Assembly: GCA_951406725.2 (NCBI GenBank)
Contig: OX597837.1
Location: forward strand, 18,104,001-18,168,000
DNA from: Octopus vulgaris
Lineage: Eukaryota
Direction: 5' to 3'
Length of the DNA stretch: 64,000 nucleotides
Shown here: positions 49,010-62,167 of the stretch, piece by piece
Layout of the letters: each line of letters begins with the position of its first letter
How positions within the stretch are numbered: the first letter of the stretch is position 1
Position numbers and translations under genes: made by a program
Notes under the pieces: generated by a model
The model's database searches: none
What the model saw: the letters and a program-made list of their open reading frames with translations, nothing else
What the model was told of the DNA's origin: nothing

Positions 49010-50275
49010 CAGGGTGCAATGGGTAAATTGTTGCGAATTTATATTTCTAATTTCATGCATACGCATTGTTTTTAATTTTGTCGATTACACAGTATAGTAG
49101 GGTCAGTTGGGCACCATCTATGAGAAAAACAGCACCGTGATGCAGTTCACTCTGCCAGAAATTTGGAAACAACATTCTGTATTGCTTAGCATTCACAGTA
49201 GAAGCTCCAATACAAACATTTCAGAGTGTTTGGGTGTTAATCTGAGGACAGTGCAGAGGATTTGGAAAGAGTTGGATGAGTCTATTTGATGGTGATTATG
49301 AAGGTATGGCAGCTCGGAAGACTCACTCTGATCGTTCTGATAAGAAAAGAACTCCTGAATTTGTTGGTGAGATCCAGGCCATGATTGCCAACGATCCCTC
49401 CAAGTCAATCAGGTCCATCACCAGGGACATGGGAGTGTCTGAGTTTCTTATCTGGTAGGTAGTGCATGAAGACATTCAGTATTCCTCATACAAGATGAGA
49501 AAGGACTAATTTTTATTCCAAGAGATCAAAGACAAGGAAAGACCGTACTACGAAGCTTTTGAACAAACTCAAGCATCCCCTCCAACCGAATATGCTTTGG
49601 TTTTTTCATCCGAGAAAAATTTCTGCCAGGATCAGATGGTAAACATAGAACAACCATTGGCTTGCAGTGTCCCCAAAACATGTACCAAGACCAATAAAAA
49701 TCAAACATCCAGTCAACATCATGGTGTTTGGAGTGATCACTAGTGATGCCGATGTTATACCTCCATCTTCCCATACAGCCTGAGACTCAACACAGGGGCT
49801 ACATCAAGTGCTGCCCTGGGTCAAGAGAGTGGCTGCTGGAAGACCCTGTGTCTGGCAACAGGACTCTGCACCATGCCACACAAGCAGGAGAACCCAGTCA
49901 AGGCTGTCAGACAATTTCTGCAACCACACCACCTCTAATATCTGGCCACCTAACTCCCTATACTGCAACCGCCTTGATTATTATGTGTGGGGTGCAGTTG
50001 AGTGAGAGACCAACAAAACTCTTTGTTACACCAAAGATAAACTGAAGGCAAGGATTATGGCAGCATTGACCAACTTAAACAAGGAGACCGTCCAGAAAAG
50101 TTGCAGGAGATACAAAGTCATCTGAAGTCTGTGGTTGAAGCCAATGGTGATTTTATTGAATAAATTTACTCTTTAGTAAGATATGTAATTTTGGTAAATA
50201 TATCTGTTAAAATGAGATGTCAGTGTTATTTTCACTTTTGTGTAATTTACACGACAATTTATTCACTGCACTCTG
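49010..50275 (+). mobile_element. Full-length but inactivated Tc1/mariner-superfamily transposon, DD37D (maT) type
   Basis: TA flanks (49008-9, 50276-7) and imperfect TIRs cagggtgcaatgggtaaattgt / acaatttattcactgcactctg. Transposase fragments: HTH (ISECLGVNLRTVQRI), IMVFGVITSD and WQQDSAPCH...WPPNSLYCNRLDYYVWG, with 37 residues between the 2nd and 3rd Asp. Multiple frameshifts and stops. Confidence 0.92.
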
Positions 50276-51528
50276 TAATTAATGATTTATTACAGCACAT
50301 AACTTTATCCTTCAGTTAGTGTAAAATTTAAAGATAGAATGTTTGAATTAACTGGAGTTTTTGAATGCCACCATGCTTATGGAGGACAAATTGTGCTTAA
50401 AACTTCAGAGTAATACTGCATCATGAGTAATAACCATTTAAAAGAAAAGCAAGCAAACAAAGGTTATATATGAGGTGACTGAAGTAGATGCTTTTTTGTA
50501 CAATGTATCTGTTTACAACCTACAAAAGCTCCAAGTGGATAGTTCTACTTGAGTGATATTAAATAGCTATATCTCTCTGTAAGTCGATTCTAATAATTGT
50601 TGGTAGTTTTGTTTAGTTCTTTTATTTTTAAAGAAAAAACATCAAAATCTCTAATTCATGAATTAGACACACTGCCACGATTTTCTGTTTCCTCTAAAAC
50701 AATTTGTGTGTGTACTAGTTTCATGTTAAAGTTTGTCAAAATCTTATTGCTGAGTGTCAACTGTGTAAGAGGGATAATTAAGTTGGTGTATGAGTTCAGA
50801 AGTTAAAATACTTGGCCTATCAACAATTTAAAATAATAATTTGACACAAAAGATTGTGAAGGGAAAGGGTAGTGTGCAAAATGCAGTTTGCAGTAGCTCA
50901 GTGGCTAAGTTAGGTTGTTGGTTAAGTGCTAAGATTGTGCAGTGGTAAGGTATTTGAGCTTCTGGAGTCAATCAAAAGACAATGCATACAGCATTAATAC
51001 ATATGATATTTGGTGTGCAAATATATGTGCTTTCAGAGCCTTCCAAACTAATATTATTTCATCTTATATAATAACCGGGAACATTATGATTGAAAAAGAG
51101 AATGTTAAAATGTCTTTGACCATATTTGTTGCTTGTTCTAGTTAGACTTTTTATTTACTAACTGTAAATGTTCCACCCCACCCATTTACTTCGATATCTC
51201 AATTCCATTAAACATGGTAAACTTCCAAAATAATGAATAACTCGAGAAAACAAAACTTTAGGAAATTGTCATAAACAAAGTTTGTTTACATTTGCTTCAA
51301 CCAGTGAGAAAGTTTTTTTTTTTTCATCTAAAATTTTAGAAAATTTTCTCCTAAAATTTCTTACTGTGCATTTAAAAACATTTGCAAAACAATGAAAAAC
51401 ATGCATCTCAAAATGCTATGGTTACTGCTTGGGAAGTTCAATTCTGTATGTAGTGTTTAGTTCTCACTGTCAGCTGTTGCAAAAGGGATAACTCATTGAC
51501 ACCATTATTTACAGTTAGGATAGTATGG

Positions 51529-51596
<68 letters not shown>

Positions 51597-51598
<2 letters not shown>

Positions 51599-52096
51599 TG
51601 TCCGGTCACTTTTGAGTGCTACTGGTAACATGTAACCCAGTACAACCTATTGTGTGGTCGGGTCTTCGGCAACTAAACCGGCAACCCCACCAAGCTTGCT
51701 TGGTGAGGAGGGTGTTTATTGGACACCCTGGGGGATGAAAAACAAAACCCGTCAAAAGGTGGAGGAACTCTTGAGCGTCAACGGCCATCCAATAAATGTC
51801 TTAAGGCTGTATCATGCATGGGGACATAGAAATAAGCGGACTGAATACCCGATCACACGGTTAAACCATTGGGAGTGAAGGACTCCTAGCCTTTGTTAGG
51901 GCATCCTTCTCGGAGAAGGTAACTCAGATAACTGGGATAACTCCGACATAAAACCTGCGGCTCAGTGGTTACTGATGATGTTGACTTGTTCTTCTTTTCG
52001 GATTATGGCTGCTGTTGCTTAGTGAGTGGGATTGACTCAGTGCACAGCCTTTCCTCACTTTAAAAATCTTCTTGCACAGGCATTGCACGATAACAA
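51597..52096 (+). mobile_element. 5' leader (UTR) of an RTE-type retrotransposon, ORF missing
   Basis: GC-rich structured island starting right after (CA)n. It contains gggcatccttctcggagaaggtaactc...aaacctgc, resembling the GGGCA..GGAGAAGGAAAACTC..AAACC motif of RTE leaders, and an HDV-like fold at its start. Confidence 0.6.
51604..51681 (+). ncRNA. Candidate HDV-like self-cleaving ribozyme
   Basis: P1 ggtcac (51604-09)/gtggtc (51654-59); P2 ccagt (51637-41)/accgg (51677-81), 4 of 5 pairs; P3 aca/tgt around L3 acctat; GG at 51660-61 can pair with the L3 CC; short P4 gtc-ttc-ggc; J4/2 aaCtaa. Confidence 0.5.
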
Positions 52097-52399
52097 CATT
52101 GATTAAGCTTCATGCAATGGCCATACTCGATAACGAGGGGGCAGTCACTCACCCCTACACATCCCTACTCCACCTTCCCTATCCTTCCCATCCCCCATCC
52201 TATCCCACACCCCTCCCCCACATACCCCACCCTCTGCCTACCCACAAACCCCAACTCTACCCCAACCCTCAGTCGAACCCACACCCCACCCGTGCTTTCC
52301 CCACTCACCTCCCCCGCCTCCCAACCACACTACACCATACAACATTACACATCACATCACAACACACCACCCACACACCCATCCCCACATCTTCACACC

Positions 52400-52430
<31 letters not shown>

Positions 52431-52559
52431 GTCCAGACCACCAGCCCTGTTTCACACATACTCTCTTATACACACGCACCTTTGTGTTAGGGGTCATCTT
52501 TACCTTGTTATCTCCCCTACTTTCCTTCCTGTGTTTGACCCTTCTGTCCGGCACTAGTC

Positions 52560-52746
52560 GCCATGATAAATCGTTAGCCACTACACACATTTTTTTTCTC
52601 TCCTTGTTTTTTCTGTGTCCCTTTCTGTAGAAGAGCATAGGCTCGAAACGTAAAAGACTTTTTCTATTCCTGAGCGTTATACTAATACATCTGTTTGTTT
52701 TGTACACCACTTGTCTTCGTCTTTTGTTTTTTTTGTAAACTCTCCC

Positions 52747-52747
<1 letters not shown>
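52560..52747 (+). mobile_element. PLE-type pseudo-LTR repeat with hammerhead-like motif (second copy)
   Basis: Homologous to 2390-2596. CTGTAGAA-GAGC-atag-GCTC-GAA-ACGT-A at 52625-52652, followed later by (TA)n. Confidence 0.6.
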
Positions 52748-52785
<38 letters not shown>

Positions 52786-53865
52786 ATGTCTGAAGATTGA
52801 GTGGTGTTGGAACTCGAGTTGTAAGGCAAGTGTAGTTTTAAATGGATTGTCTCATGAACACCCTGTCCTATTCTTTACCCTCTCATTGTGGAATTTAAAT
52901 GGTTATTGACAGGATTGGTCATTGTTGGGAGGAGGTTGTCCAATGTGTTTTTTAAGAAAGAGTGTAATTTGAGCTAGATTCAACTGCTATTTCTTGCTGG
53001 TCACAAAAATTATACGGTTCATATGAGATTCTGGGTAAGCTAGATGACTAAGAAACCTTGAGAAACCAGGGTGAATAACAAAGAGACTAGAGAAATGGTG
53101 ATGGAGTAAGTCAAAGTCTCTAGTGGACTCTGATACAACTTGGTTAAAAATAGGTCATGCTTCAACTATCATTGTAGTTGCTGTTACTATGACTATCACC
53201 AACATTTATACTCTGTCATCATCAAAACTACCACCTCTACATCACATAACTATTTTGTTGGATTTTCAGCTATTCCTGACATTGTGGAAATTTCAGAAAA
53301 CAATTACCACTTTTACTCACTACACAGTGCTGCTATTGCTGCTAATATCTATGGCAATATTAAATTTGGACATTTCTGACTCACTGTGTTAGAAATGTAA
53401 TATTTCAATCATTATATCCTCATTTAAGAAACAGATTGAGTTAGAAACGGTCAGCTTAATTTATTTTAGTGTGTGCGTGTGCACGCTTGCATGCGTGTCA
53501 GTGTGTATCAGTGTAATTTCCTTTTGATATTTACTCACCAAATTGTGCATGTATTTTGCTGATCTATATTGGCAAAAGGTAAGTAACATTGAGAAAACCA
53601 TGTAAATACAGGAGTAGCCCGTAACCTATGGCAGTATCAGTATGAGAGGGTGGTGGTATGAAAGTATCAGTAAAGGAGGATGCTGAGAAAGGATTATGCA
53701 AGGATAAGAAGTTCCTACTTAAAACTAGTGAAACCAACAAAAGGATTACTTTATAGAGATGAATCAAGGAAACTTAGAGAATTTTCAGGGCAATTTAGAT
53801 GTTATTCAGTTTCAAGATAGTTATTTTTTCTCTCAAGGAAATTACACTGATATACACCAACACAT

Positions 53866-53902
<37 letters not shown>

Positions 53903-54109
53903 TATATATATGTATATGTGTGTGTATATATGTATGTATATATATGTGTATATATATATATACATAAGTATATATATATGTATATGTATGTATATACATA
54001 AGTAGATATATATATGTATAAACATAAGTATATATATATGTATATACATAAGTAGATATATATATGTATATATACATAAGTAGATATATATATATGTATA
54101 TATACATAA

Positions 54110-54149
<40 letters not shown>

Positions 54150-54479
54150 ATACACATACATATGTATATACTTGCTGGTATACCCAGTAATTCCGGGGGG
54201 GGGGGTAAAGATGTTATGTTGAAGCTCCTTAATAATGATATAAGAAAGCAATTTTATTATAACTGCCACCAGAGGTGTGTTTTCCGTCACAAAAATGTAC
54301 AAAAAACTGTCAGCTGGAGGTTGGTGAGAGAGGTTATATGAATGAAGTGTTTCAAGAAAATGCAATCATAACGTTCATACTCACTGATGGTCACTCTCGG
54401 TAACTGCTTTTAGCTTAGGGGAAGTTCTTGTTTTTATAACTATTGAAAAACAGCCAGAAAGATAGACATATTGTTGAGA

Positions 54480-55480
54480 ACAAATGATTTCGTTAGAGGT
54501 CTGTTATCTCCATTCCAGCTAGTGGTGGCCTGGGAGAGGTTAGAAGGGCCAAGTAGCAAAGACATTCTGTTTAGCAAAGGCATCTGGGAAATGTATAACT
54601 GCTGTCATTCACAGAAAAACTATTGCTTTACTGTGAGAAAAGCGCTGTTGAAATGTTAATTGAAATTTGGCAACGGAGGATCAAATTCACGCTATACCTG
54701 CATGAAACCACTACAAATACATTGTGGAATAAAAAATTTTTCTACTGTCATGGAAAAAGTGTAACTGTTAAAATGCAGAATTATTGGAGTAATGGGCATT
54801 CAAAAAAGTATGTATCTAAGATTCAAATTAAGGAAGTGCAATAATAATGTTTAGCAGTTCAAAGCTGTGAGTAGTGAAATGCAGAATTAGGTTGGCCGAC
54901 TAATGTTAGTTGATGAAAACACCCCTTGTGAGAAAGTTATATTTTTTTATCTTGTAATAGTCATTGGCTTTGAATCCTTCCAAGCAGATCAGAGGATACG
55001 GTCACATTTCTCTCTCCCAAATCAAGTACTGAGGTACCCATTTTACACACACTTTCCAAATACCCAAAGTCTATGATCTTCTGTAATACATTGTGACCAT
55101 AATACAATTGTGCAGCAAGTTCATAGATTATCTTGTCCATTTTCCACAACTCCATTCATTCACTTTTTTTTTTTTTGTCAGTGGTTGCAGTTGATGGTCT
55201 CCCACTGCTTAATTTGTCTTTAATTCTTGTTTCCCCCTGTTTAAACATCATCCATTTTACTCTTGTCTATGACACCTTCTCCATAAATAACCTGTGAACT
55301 GTGGATGTCAGACAGCCTGAAGTCCTCCTTCATCAAGAATGAAATCATGGTACATTGCTTCTGCTGGGAACCCATTATTTGCCTGCAATGATGAAGAACA
55401 GGAATTGAAGAGTAACTTGTAACATGTGCAATCTGCATGCTCCCTGTCAGTTAATAGAAGGTTATGCATTATTTTAAGTT
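54480..55480 (-). mobile_element. Decayed mariner transposase remnant
   Basis: QKQCTMISFLMKEDFRLSDIH..VIYGEGVIDKSK and IIYELAAQLYYGHNVLQKIIDFGYLESVC resemble the mariner N-terminal HTH and the region preceding the WVP motif. Confidence 0.7.
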
Positions 55481-55889
55481 CAACTCTCATATATTTTTGT
55501 GTGTGATCCTTATTTATAGACTTGCTTTTCCTTATATTTTCATTGATTGCGTCTTTCAAGGCCTCTCTCTCTCACCTCCCTATCTCCCACACTCACATTT
55601 TATCCATCACACATTCAGACTCTTATAAACAACAAAAACTTATTCAAAATTTAAAGTGCTTAATGAGAAGTTTGTTATAGAATTAAATACATTACAGTTT
55701 AGATATATTAGCAACATCTTAGTTTGCTTGGTTCTCAGATAAAATCCTAATGAAATCTACATTTTATTCCATCAAGATCAGTAAAATAATTTTTACTAAT
55801 ATTTAAGTTTTTTGTTTCTTCTACCTTCTCAAAATCCAACAGTATACCCTGTTAAAGAGCAGCTATAAAATAAATGTAGAAACGTTCCT

Positions 55890-56011
55890 AATTCCAACTA
55901 TTAAGGGATATACCATATCCAATTCCAACTATTAAGGGATATACCATATCCAATTCCAACTATTAAGGGATATACCATATCCAATTTCAACTATTAAGAA
56001 ATATACCATAT
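55890..56011. repeat. 31-bp minisatellite, about 4 copies
   Basis: The unit aattccaactattaagggatataccatatcc starts at 55890, 55921 and 55952, with a diverged copy at 55983. There are no spacers. Confidence 0.95.
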
Positions 56012-58393
56012 ACTGTCTACAGTATAAAAACAGAAATGCAACATCTGTACTGTAACTTATTGCAATTGTAGATATGAATTTGGCTGTGATTTCATCATAA
56101 TTCATTGGTAATTTAGTTTGTTACTAATCTTGGAATGTCCAGTGAACATGTCTATATACCTTTGATGTAATTGTAGTCAAAATCAGTTTGTTTGTTTTTC
56201 TTCTTTTGTTTACATGTAATGTATATTGATATACTGTTCATATGGAAACTGTTACATCTGCCTGCAAATAACCAAGCTTAAAAATCTAATAGACAAAAGG
56301 CTGTAGGTTACTTTCTTTTAATTCTCAGTTCTTAATGCTCCCAGAAAAGATACAAATATCACTCAATCTGATTTCCCTTCCTAAACAATTATGATAGGTT
56401 CAGTGATATACTTAATTTCCTTAAATTTTGTTCTTCATTAAAAAGAAATATTTCATTGAAGTAGTTTTGACATAGATGTGACAATATTTTTTATACACAA
56501 CTTTAAAATATTTGACAAAGCTTTATCATAAGTGATGGGGAGAGGTAAATGTATAAAGTTTGTTTTACATATAATGATCTCAAAGTCAGAACATGTTGGC
56601 AGGTGAGTGAACAGTATCAGAGAACAAGCTTGATAGTAAAAGTCGTGGAAGAGTGTGGCATACAACTACTGAAAACCATTTAATATTCAGTAATCTTAAT
56701 CAATGACATTGATGAAATTCTAATCCAGATTTTTCTACTTTATCCAAACAGATAAGTCATACATGTGTAGGGCTTTAGATACATTTCAATCCCTATTTGA
56801 AGCTATTTTATTTTATCTCTGGGAAGACATGCTTGTCACTAGTTACCATTTACTCTCTCTTAAAATCATAGGCATGAAGCCTGTTAATTGGGCCATATAG
56901 TGAAGAGTGAATGGAGAAGGTATACTGCCAAACTTGATTTGTCCATGCCACACCAAATAAAGATAAAAGCTTTTAGATGTATCCTAACAAACCCAGTGTG
57001 TTAACACTGCAAAGGTCTAGTAACCATGGCTAGAAGAAAACCTACTTGTTCCTAACCACCCATATGCAAATGATTAAATTTGCAGTTTTGTTCAACTTGG
57101 TTAGCCTGGAAGAATGTGTTAAAAAAAAATGTCATTAATCAGATGAGAACCACATGCAGAAGTGACTTCTCCCCTTCCTTCCATACTAATAAATTTATTG
57201 AAAGGTAAGAAGTAAATGAGAGAGGGGGGGGGGAATACCAGCCATAAATTTGAAACCATGAAGTGTAGAATTATAGACAAAGAAGTACCAGGAGAGGGAG
57301 GGTTGGGATTCAATTCTTGTTTTTACCCTCACCCCTCCAATGTTATAATGAATACCTTTCAAGTCATAGACACTATATAGTTTCACACACAGTTTCACTT
57401 GTGATGTTTTATGGCAGTTTCTCTCCAAATTTACAAATGATCATGGCTGGGTTAATGTTATTCTAATTTCCTGAGATATAATTATAATGTTTGGTAGGTA
57501 GGTAGATATATATGGTTGACATCTCATCTTTCCTCATTCGTTATTGTTTCATTATTGCTTAATTAATCCTTTTATTTATTTTTTTATTTTATAATTTATT
57601 CATCCGCTATCATTTGACATTCACAAGAAAAGCTAGTTCCTAAAATTCAGGAATAAACTTCAGTTATGTCAGATAGACAGGCAGATAAGCAGATAGGTAA
57701 GGTGTATAAATGAAAGGCAGTCACTCATTCTTCTGTTACTGTTTACTTTTGAATTCTGATTCACCACCACCCCACTTCTAGTGTAAACTTAATCTCCCAG
57801 TAAACTGAGTTTGAATCTGTTTTATTTCACTTCACTTGTAACAATATCAAGAAATGTATGATTGTCACTCACTCTCATTCCCATGATTATAAAGTATTGT
57901 GTGTAAAATTTTTTTTTAATAATTCATATCTGTAAAACAAAATGCTGTTTACTTTCTGTACAACTGTATAAAGTCAATTATTGTTCTTTTACTTGTTATT
58001 GTCATCTTGTGAAATTCTTTACTAATTACTATTAGCTTTCAGGGTGACTCAAGTTTAATGTTGTGGATGGGGTAGTTTCCATTGTCATATAGTGGTAACA
58101 GTAACAGCTATAGTAGTAGTAGTGGTGGTGGAGGTAGTAGTAATAGTAGTGACCACTACTTCACTTTTCTCTTTGTTGGTATTCATTAGTTTCTGTAATT
58201 TTTTTCTTTAACCCAACTAATGATTTCAATTAAATTATTCAGTTAACAAAGGTGTTTGCTCTAAATATTTGCTGTTTTAGCACATACTTGCTTTCTTGCA
58301 AAGTAATGGATGGCATTGACCCTTCATTTAACCCTACCTCTCTGTCTACTAAATTTGTTTTATTAATAATAATAATGGTTTGTAATTTAGGCA

Positions 58394-58490
58394 CAAGGCC
58401 AGCAATTTTGTGGGGTACTTGATTAGTACTATATTTTTATCAAGGCCAGCAATTTTGTGGGGTACTTCATTAGTACTATATTTTTATCAA
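58394..58490. repeat. 47-bp tandem duplication inside a minus-strand SINE
   Basis: caaggccagcaattttgtggggtactt(g/c)attagtactatatttttat occurs at 58394 and 58441. Confidence 0.9.
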
Positions 58491-58805
58491 CATCAGAGGG
58501 ATGAAAAGCAAAGTTTACCTCACTGAGATTTGATTGCAAAAATTGAAGAATTGGAACAAATAGTGTAAACCATTTTTACCCAATTCTTTAATGATAATCC
58601 ACCACCCATATTTCTGATTTATGAAGAGAGTGGGGTTAGTCAATACAGTCTATCCCAATACTTTATTAGTACTTTATTTTCTCTACTCTGGAGGTATGAA
58701 ATACAAAGTCGACTTTAGGATTTGATATAATAAATATCAAACAAGCACTGGGATTGATGAAAATGACTAACCTATTCCCATCAAAATTGCTGGCCTTGTG
58801 TTTAA

Positions 58806-59002
58806 CCCTTTCATTATTATATTTATTTTGAGATGCTCTGTGTTTCTTTCAATTACTTTAAATGTAACAAAGAATTTAGTATCATCTAGCTACTGTTAGG
58901 AACATAAATTGTAACTAAGGTTTGCTGGAAGATTTTTAATTCAAAACAAGACATTCTTACTCAGTTCCAGAGCCGGTTTCAGTTGGGTTGGTAACAAAAG
59001 GG
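58806..59002. mobile_element. piggyBac-type MITE inserted into a SINE tail
   Basis: TTAA|CCCTTTCATTA...TAACAAAAGGG|TTAA (TTAA at 58802-5 and 59003-6). A related left end lies at about 42138. Confidence 0.8.
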
Positions 59003-59019
59003 TTAAATTAAAAACTGAA

Positions 59020-60040
59020 TTGTCTGAGTATCAGAATAAATGCCTTACATTCTGAGTTCAAATCCTTCTGAAGTCAGGTTTGCTTTTCATTTTTCCAGGA
59101 GTGATAAAATTAAGTACCAGTTAAGTACTGGAGTTGATGTTGTCAACTTGGCCTCCGCTCTCAAATTGCAGCCCCTTTTGCCATTATTATTATTATTATC
59201 ATTATTATTAAAGGCTGCAAACTAGCAAACATTGGGCAAAATGCTTGGCAGCATTCTGTCCGTCTTTACATTCTGACTTTGAATTCTGCTGTGTTCAGCT
59301 TTGCCTTTCACCTTTTCAGGATTAGTAAAATAAGTACCAGATGAACACTGGAGTTGAAGTAATCAACTAGTCCCCTTCCCCAAAATTTCAGGCCCTGTAC
59401 TGGTTGTAGAAAGGATTATTATTATTATTATTAAAGGTGACGAGCTGGCAGAATTGTTAGCACATCAGGCATTTTGTCCCTCTTTACATTCTGAGTTCAA
59501 CTTTGACATTCTTCCTTTCATGGTCAATAAATTAAGTACCAGTGAAACACTGGGATCAATGTAATTGTCTAATCCCCTCCCCCCCAATTTCAAGCCTTGT
59601 GCCTATTGTAGAAAGGATTATTATTATTGCCAGTGAGCTGGCAGAATTGTTAGAGCATTGGAAGAAATACTTTGCAATATTTTTCCAGCCATTTACACTA
59701 TGTGTTCAAATCCCCTGAGCTCAAATTTGCATTTCATCCTTTTATGGTCAGCAAAATAAAGTGTCACTTTAATACTGGGCTCAGTAATATTGACAACTCT
59801 CTAAAATTTCAAGCTTTGTACCTTTACTATAAAACCCTATTTGCGAGATTGGCAGAAATAATGAAGTACCAGACTACAAACATTGCAATATTTACTATTT
59901 TCTCTTTGTTTAAACTTCAAATCCTGCCAAAGTTGACTTTTTCCCTCAACTTACTTTTCTGTCTTATTAATAAATACCAGCCAGTTCAATTACCAATATT
60001 ACTCCATTACAAATTCATGTCTTTGTTCCAATTTAAAAAA
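59020..60040 (+). mobile_element. Head-to-tail array of about five family-A SINEs
   Basis: The unit gctggcagaa...ttctgagttcaa...tttgcctttca...taagtaccag...actgg recurs about every 200 bp. The central units are joined by (ATT)n. Confidence 0.85.
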
Positions 60041-61029
60041 AAAAATTATATTTAAGGCAGCAGCTTGCTCTCTCTCTCTTTTTCTTTCTTTCTCTCTCTC
60101 CCTCTCTCTCTCACTCACTCACTCACTCAGGGCTGGCCCAAATATACACATAAGGTATAAACATCACAATCTCCAGATTTCCATTTTTTTGTTGCAATAT
60201 TATTGTAGGATCAGTGAATTCTTGGATAAACAAGTTTCACTCCCTCGATTCAGTACCTTCATTTCTAGCACTATGTATTAAATCCTATCACTGTAAAATA
60301 TAAACATTATCATCCTGCTACCTCTTTCAGAAACTATATGTTGTGCACCATCTTCACAACAAATCCAGCTTTTTGCACTGTCCTTTCTTACCCTCTTTGT
60401 TCATCTTACATCTGGTTCACATGCTGCTACTGCAAAAGTATTTCCAGTAGTAACCCTTGCAGCATAAATCAGATAAAACCTCTTATACACATGGACACAC
60501 TGAGAGACATTGGCTGTTCTTATTTGTCAATTACAGAAAAAAAATTAATTTAATCATATGTATATATCAGTAATTACAGGTACAAATGTGAATTTATAAT
60601 CAGGATAATGATATTGTAGGTTTTGACACAGTTGTTTATAAATATTTTCTTCTTTCATTGTATATTGCTTTATAACTACATACAAAAGTAATATCTTGAG
60701 ATAATCAGAAATGTATGGAATGATGAAGTTTTGTTAATTTAACATGACTTGGTTTTGAAATAATAATATTTTAGGAGTGGTTATGTTTCGGTATATATTT
60801 ATCAGTGAGTTAAGTTTCCGTATTTAAAAATGCTAGAAATGGTTAAGTTTTGGCTAATATTTTTCAATGAAGTAGGTTTCCTTTTTTAATCTAACTTGTG
60901 TTGGTGTTCCAATGGCTCATTGATAAAATTGAATGATTACAAATTGTGGTAGTAGTTGCTTTTTGCATCTCTCCATGTGTTCAATAAAGGGTGTCATTCT
61001 GTATCTGGGAATGCAATCTGCTGTCAATG

Positions 61030-61148
61030 CTCATCACAGCAACACACCTTTCCCGAAAATACTGCTGTACATATCCACATACAAATCCAGAAACAAAGAA
61101 GCCTTCACCACCATCACCCAAAATCTACCAATGCTACTACATAAGGAC
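61030..61148 (+). mobile_element. Penelope-like element coding fragment (RT thumb/linker region)
   Basis: [31 protein letters not shown] resembles the PLE motif P(F/Y)(V/I)(S/T)TYNP.N...F..I..N.P.L..D. It is cut off by (TA)n. Confidence 0.55.
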
Positions 61149-61261
61149 TCATATATATATATACATGCATATATATATATGTATATATATATATGCATGT
61201 GTATATATATATATGCATGTGTATATATATATATATATGTGTGTATATATATATATATGCA

Positions 61262-61299
<38 letters not shown>

Positions 61300-61303
<4 letters not shown>

Positions 61304-61956
61304 TGGTTTCCTTATCTCTGGTTCTGAATGTTCTTAGGATCCAGCCAGCCAGTTGTCTGCACTTTGTCGCCATCCTGGTAATGTGCACTTGGAAAGAGGT
61401 ATCATCACTCATGTCGATACCCAGGTCCCTCACAGACTTAGGCTCTGGGATTGAAATTCCCTGTGGTCCGGTGTATCCTGTAAGTTTAATATTAAGTTTT
61501 GGGTGCTGGTAGTGCAGGGCCTGGAATTTTCCAGCATTAAACTGCATATTATTATCCTCAGCCCATCTGTAGATTGAGTCCAACTCGTGCTGCAGGTGTG
61601 CAACATCGCTGGGGTTCTGTATTTTCTGCGACCCTTCGTATTGTCTGCATAGCTTGCCAGAGTGGCCATCCGGGCATTTGAGGTCATATCTGAGAGGGCC
61701 ACTATAAAAAGCAGTGGTCCCAAGACCGTGCCCTGTGGAACACCGCTCACTATTTGTGTGTTCATAGAGGTGGCTCCATTAACCACTACTGCCTGACTCC
61801 TATCTTTCAGGAAGTCATGTAACCACACTCAAGTTTTCCAACTATGCAGAGGTCATGCAGTTTGTGGCATATCATACCATGATCCACATTGTCAAAAGCT
61901 TTTGCAAAATCAAGGTAGATTACATCCACATTTGATTTGTTGAGTAACACCCAGTC
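61300..61956 (-). mobile_element. Internal RT fragment of the same CR1-group LINE
   Basis: [46 protein letters not shown] and [17 protein letters not shown] are highly similar to 32873-33580. There are two frameshifts, and both ends abut (TA)n. Confidence 0.95.
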
Positions 61957-61997
61957 ATATATATATATGTGTATATATATATATATATACACATACA

Positions 61998-62041
<44 letters not shown>

Positions 62042-62073
62042 TATATATATATACACATATATATATATATATG

Positions 62074-62167
<94 letters not shown>

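Noticed and set aside
51671-51716. Twister ribozyme (AACTAA...GAGGGTGTT)
   Set aside because: It lacks the conserved GGUNNNAAGCCC-type P4/pseudoknot segment, and the HDV-like parse fits better.
52072-52630. P/H/T-rich ORFs of 161 and 172 aa
   Set aside because: They come from a C/A low-complexity tract that is open in two frames at once.
55890-56011. CRISPR-like 31-bp repeats with an internal dyad (ggatat-acc-atatcc)
   Set aside because: The copies are contiguous with no spacers, there are no cas genes, and the context is eukaryotic. This is a minisatellite.
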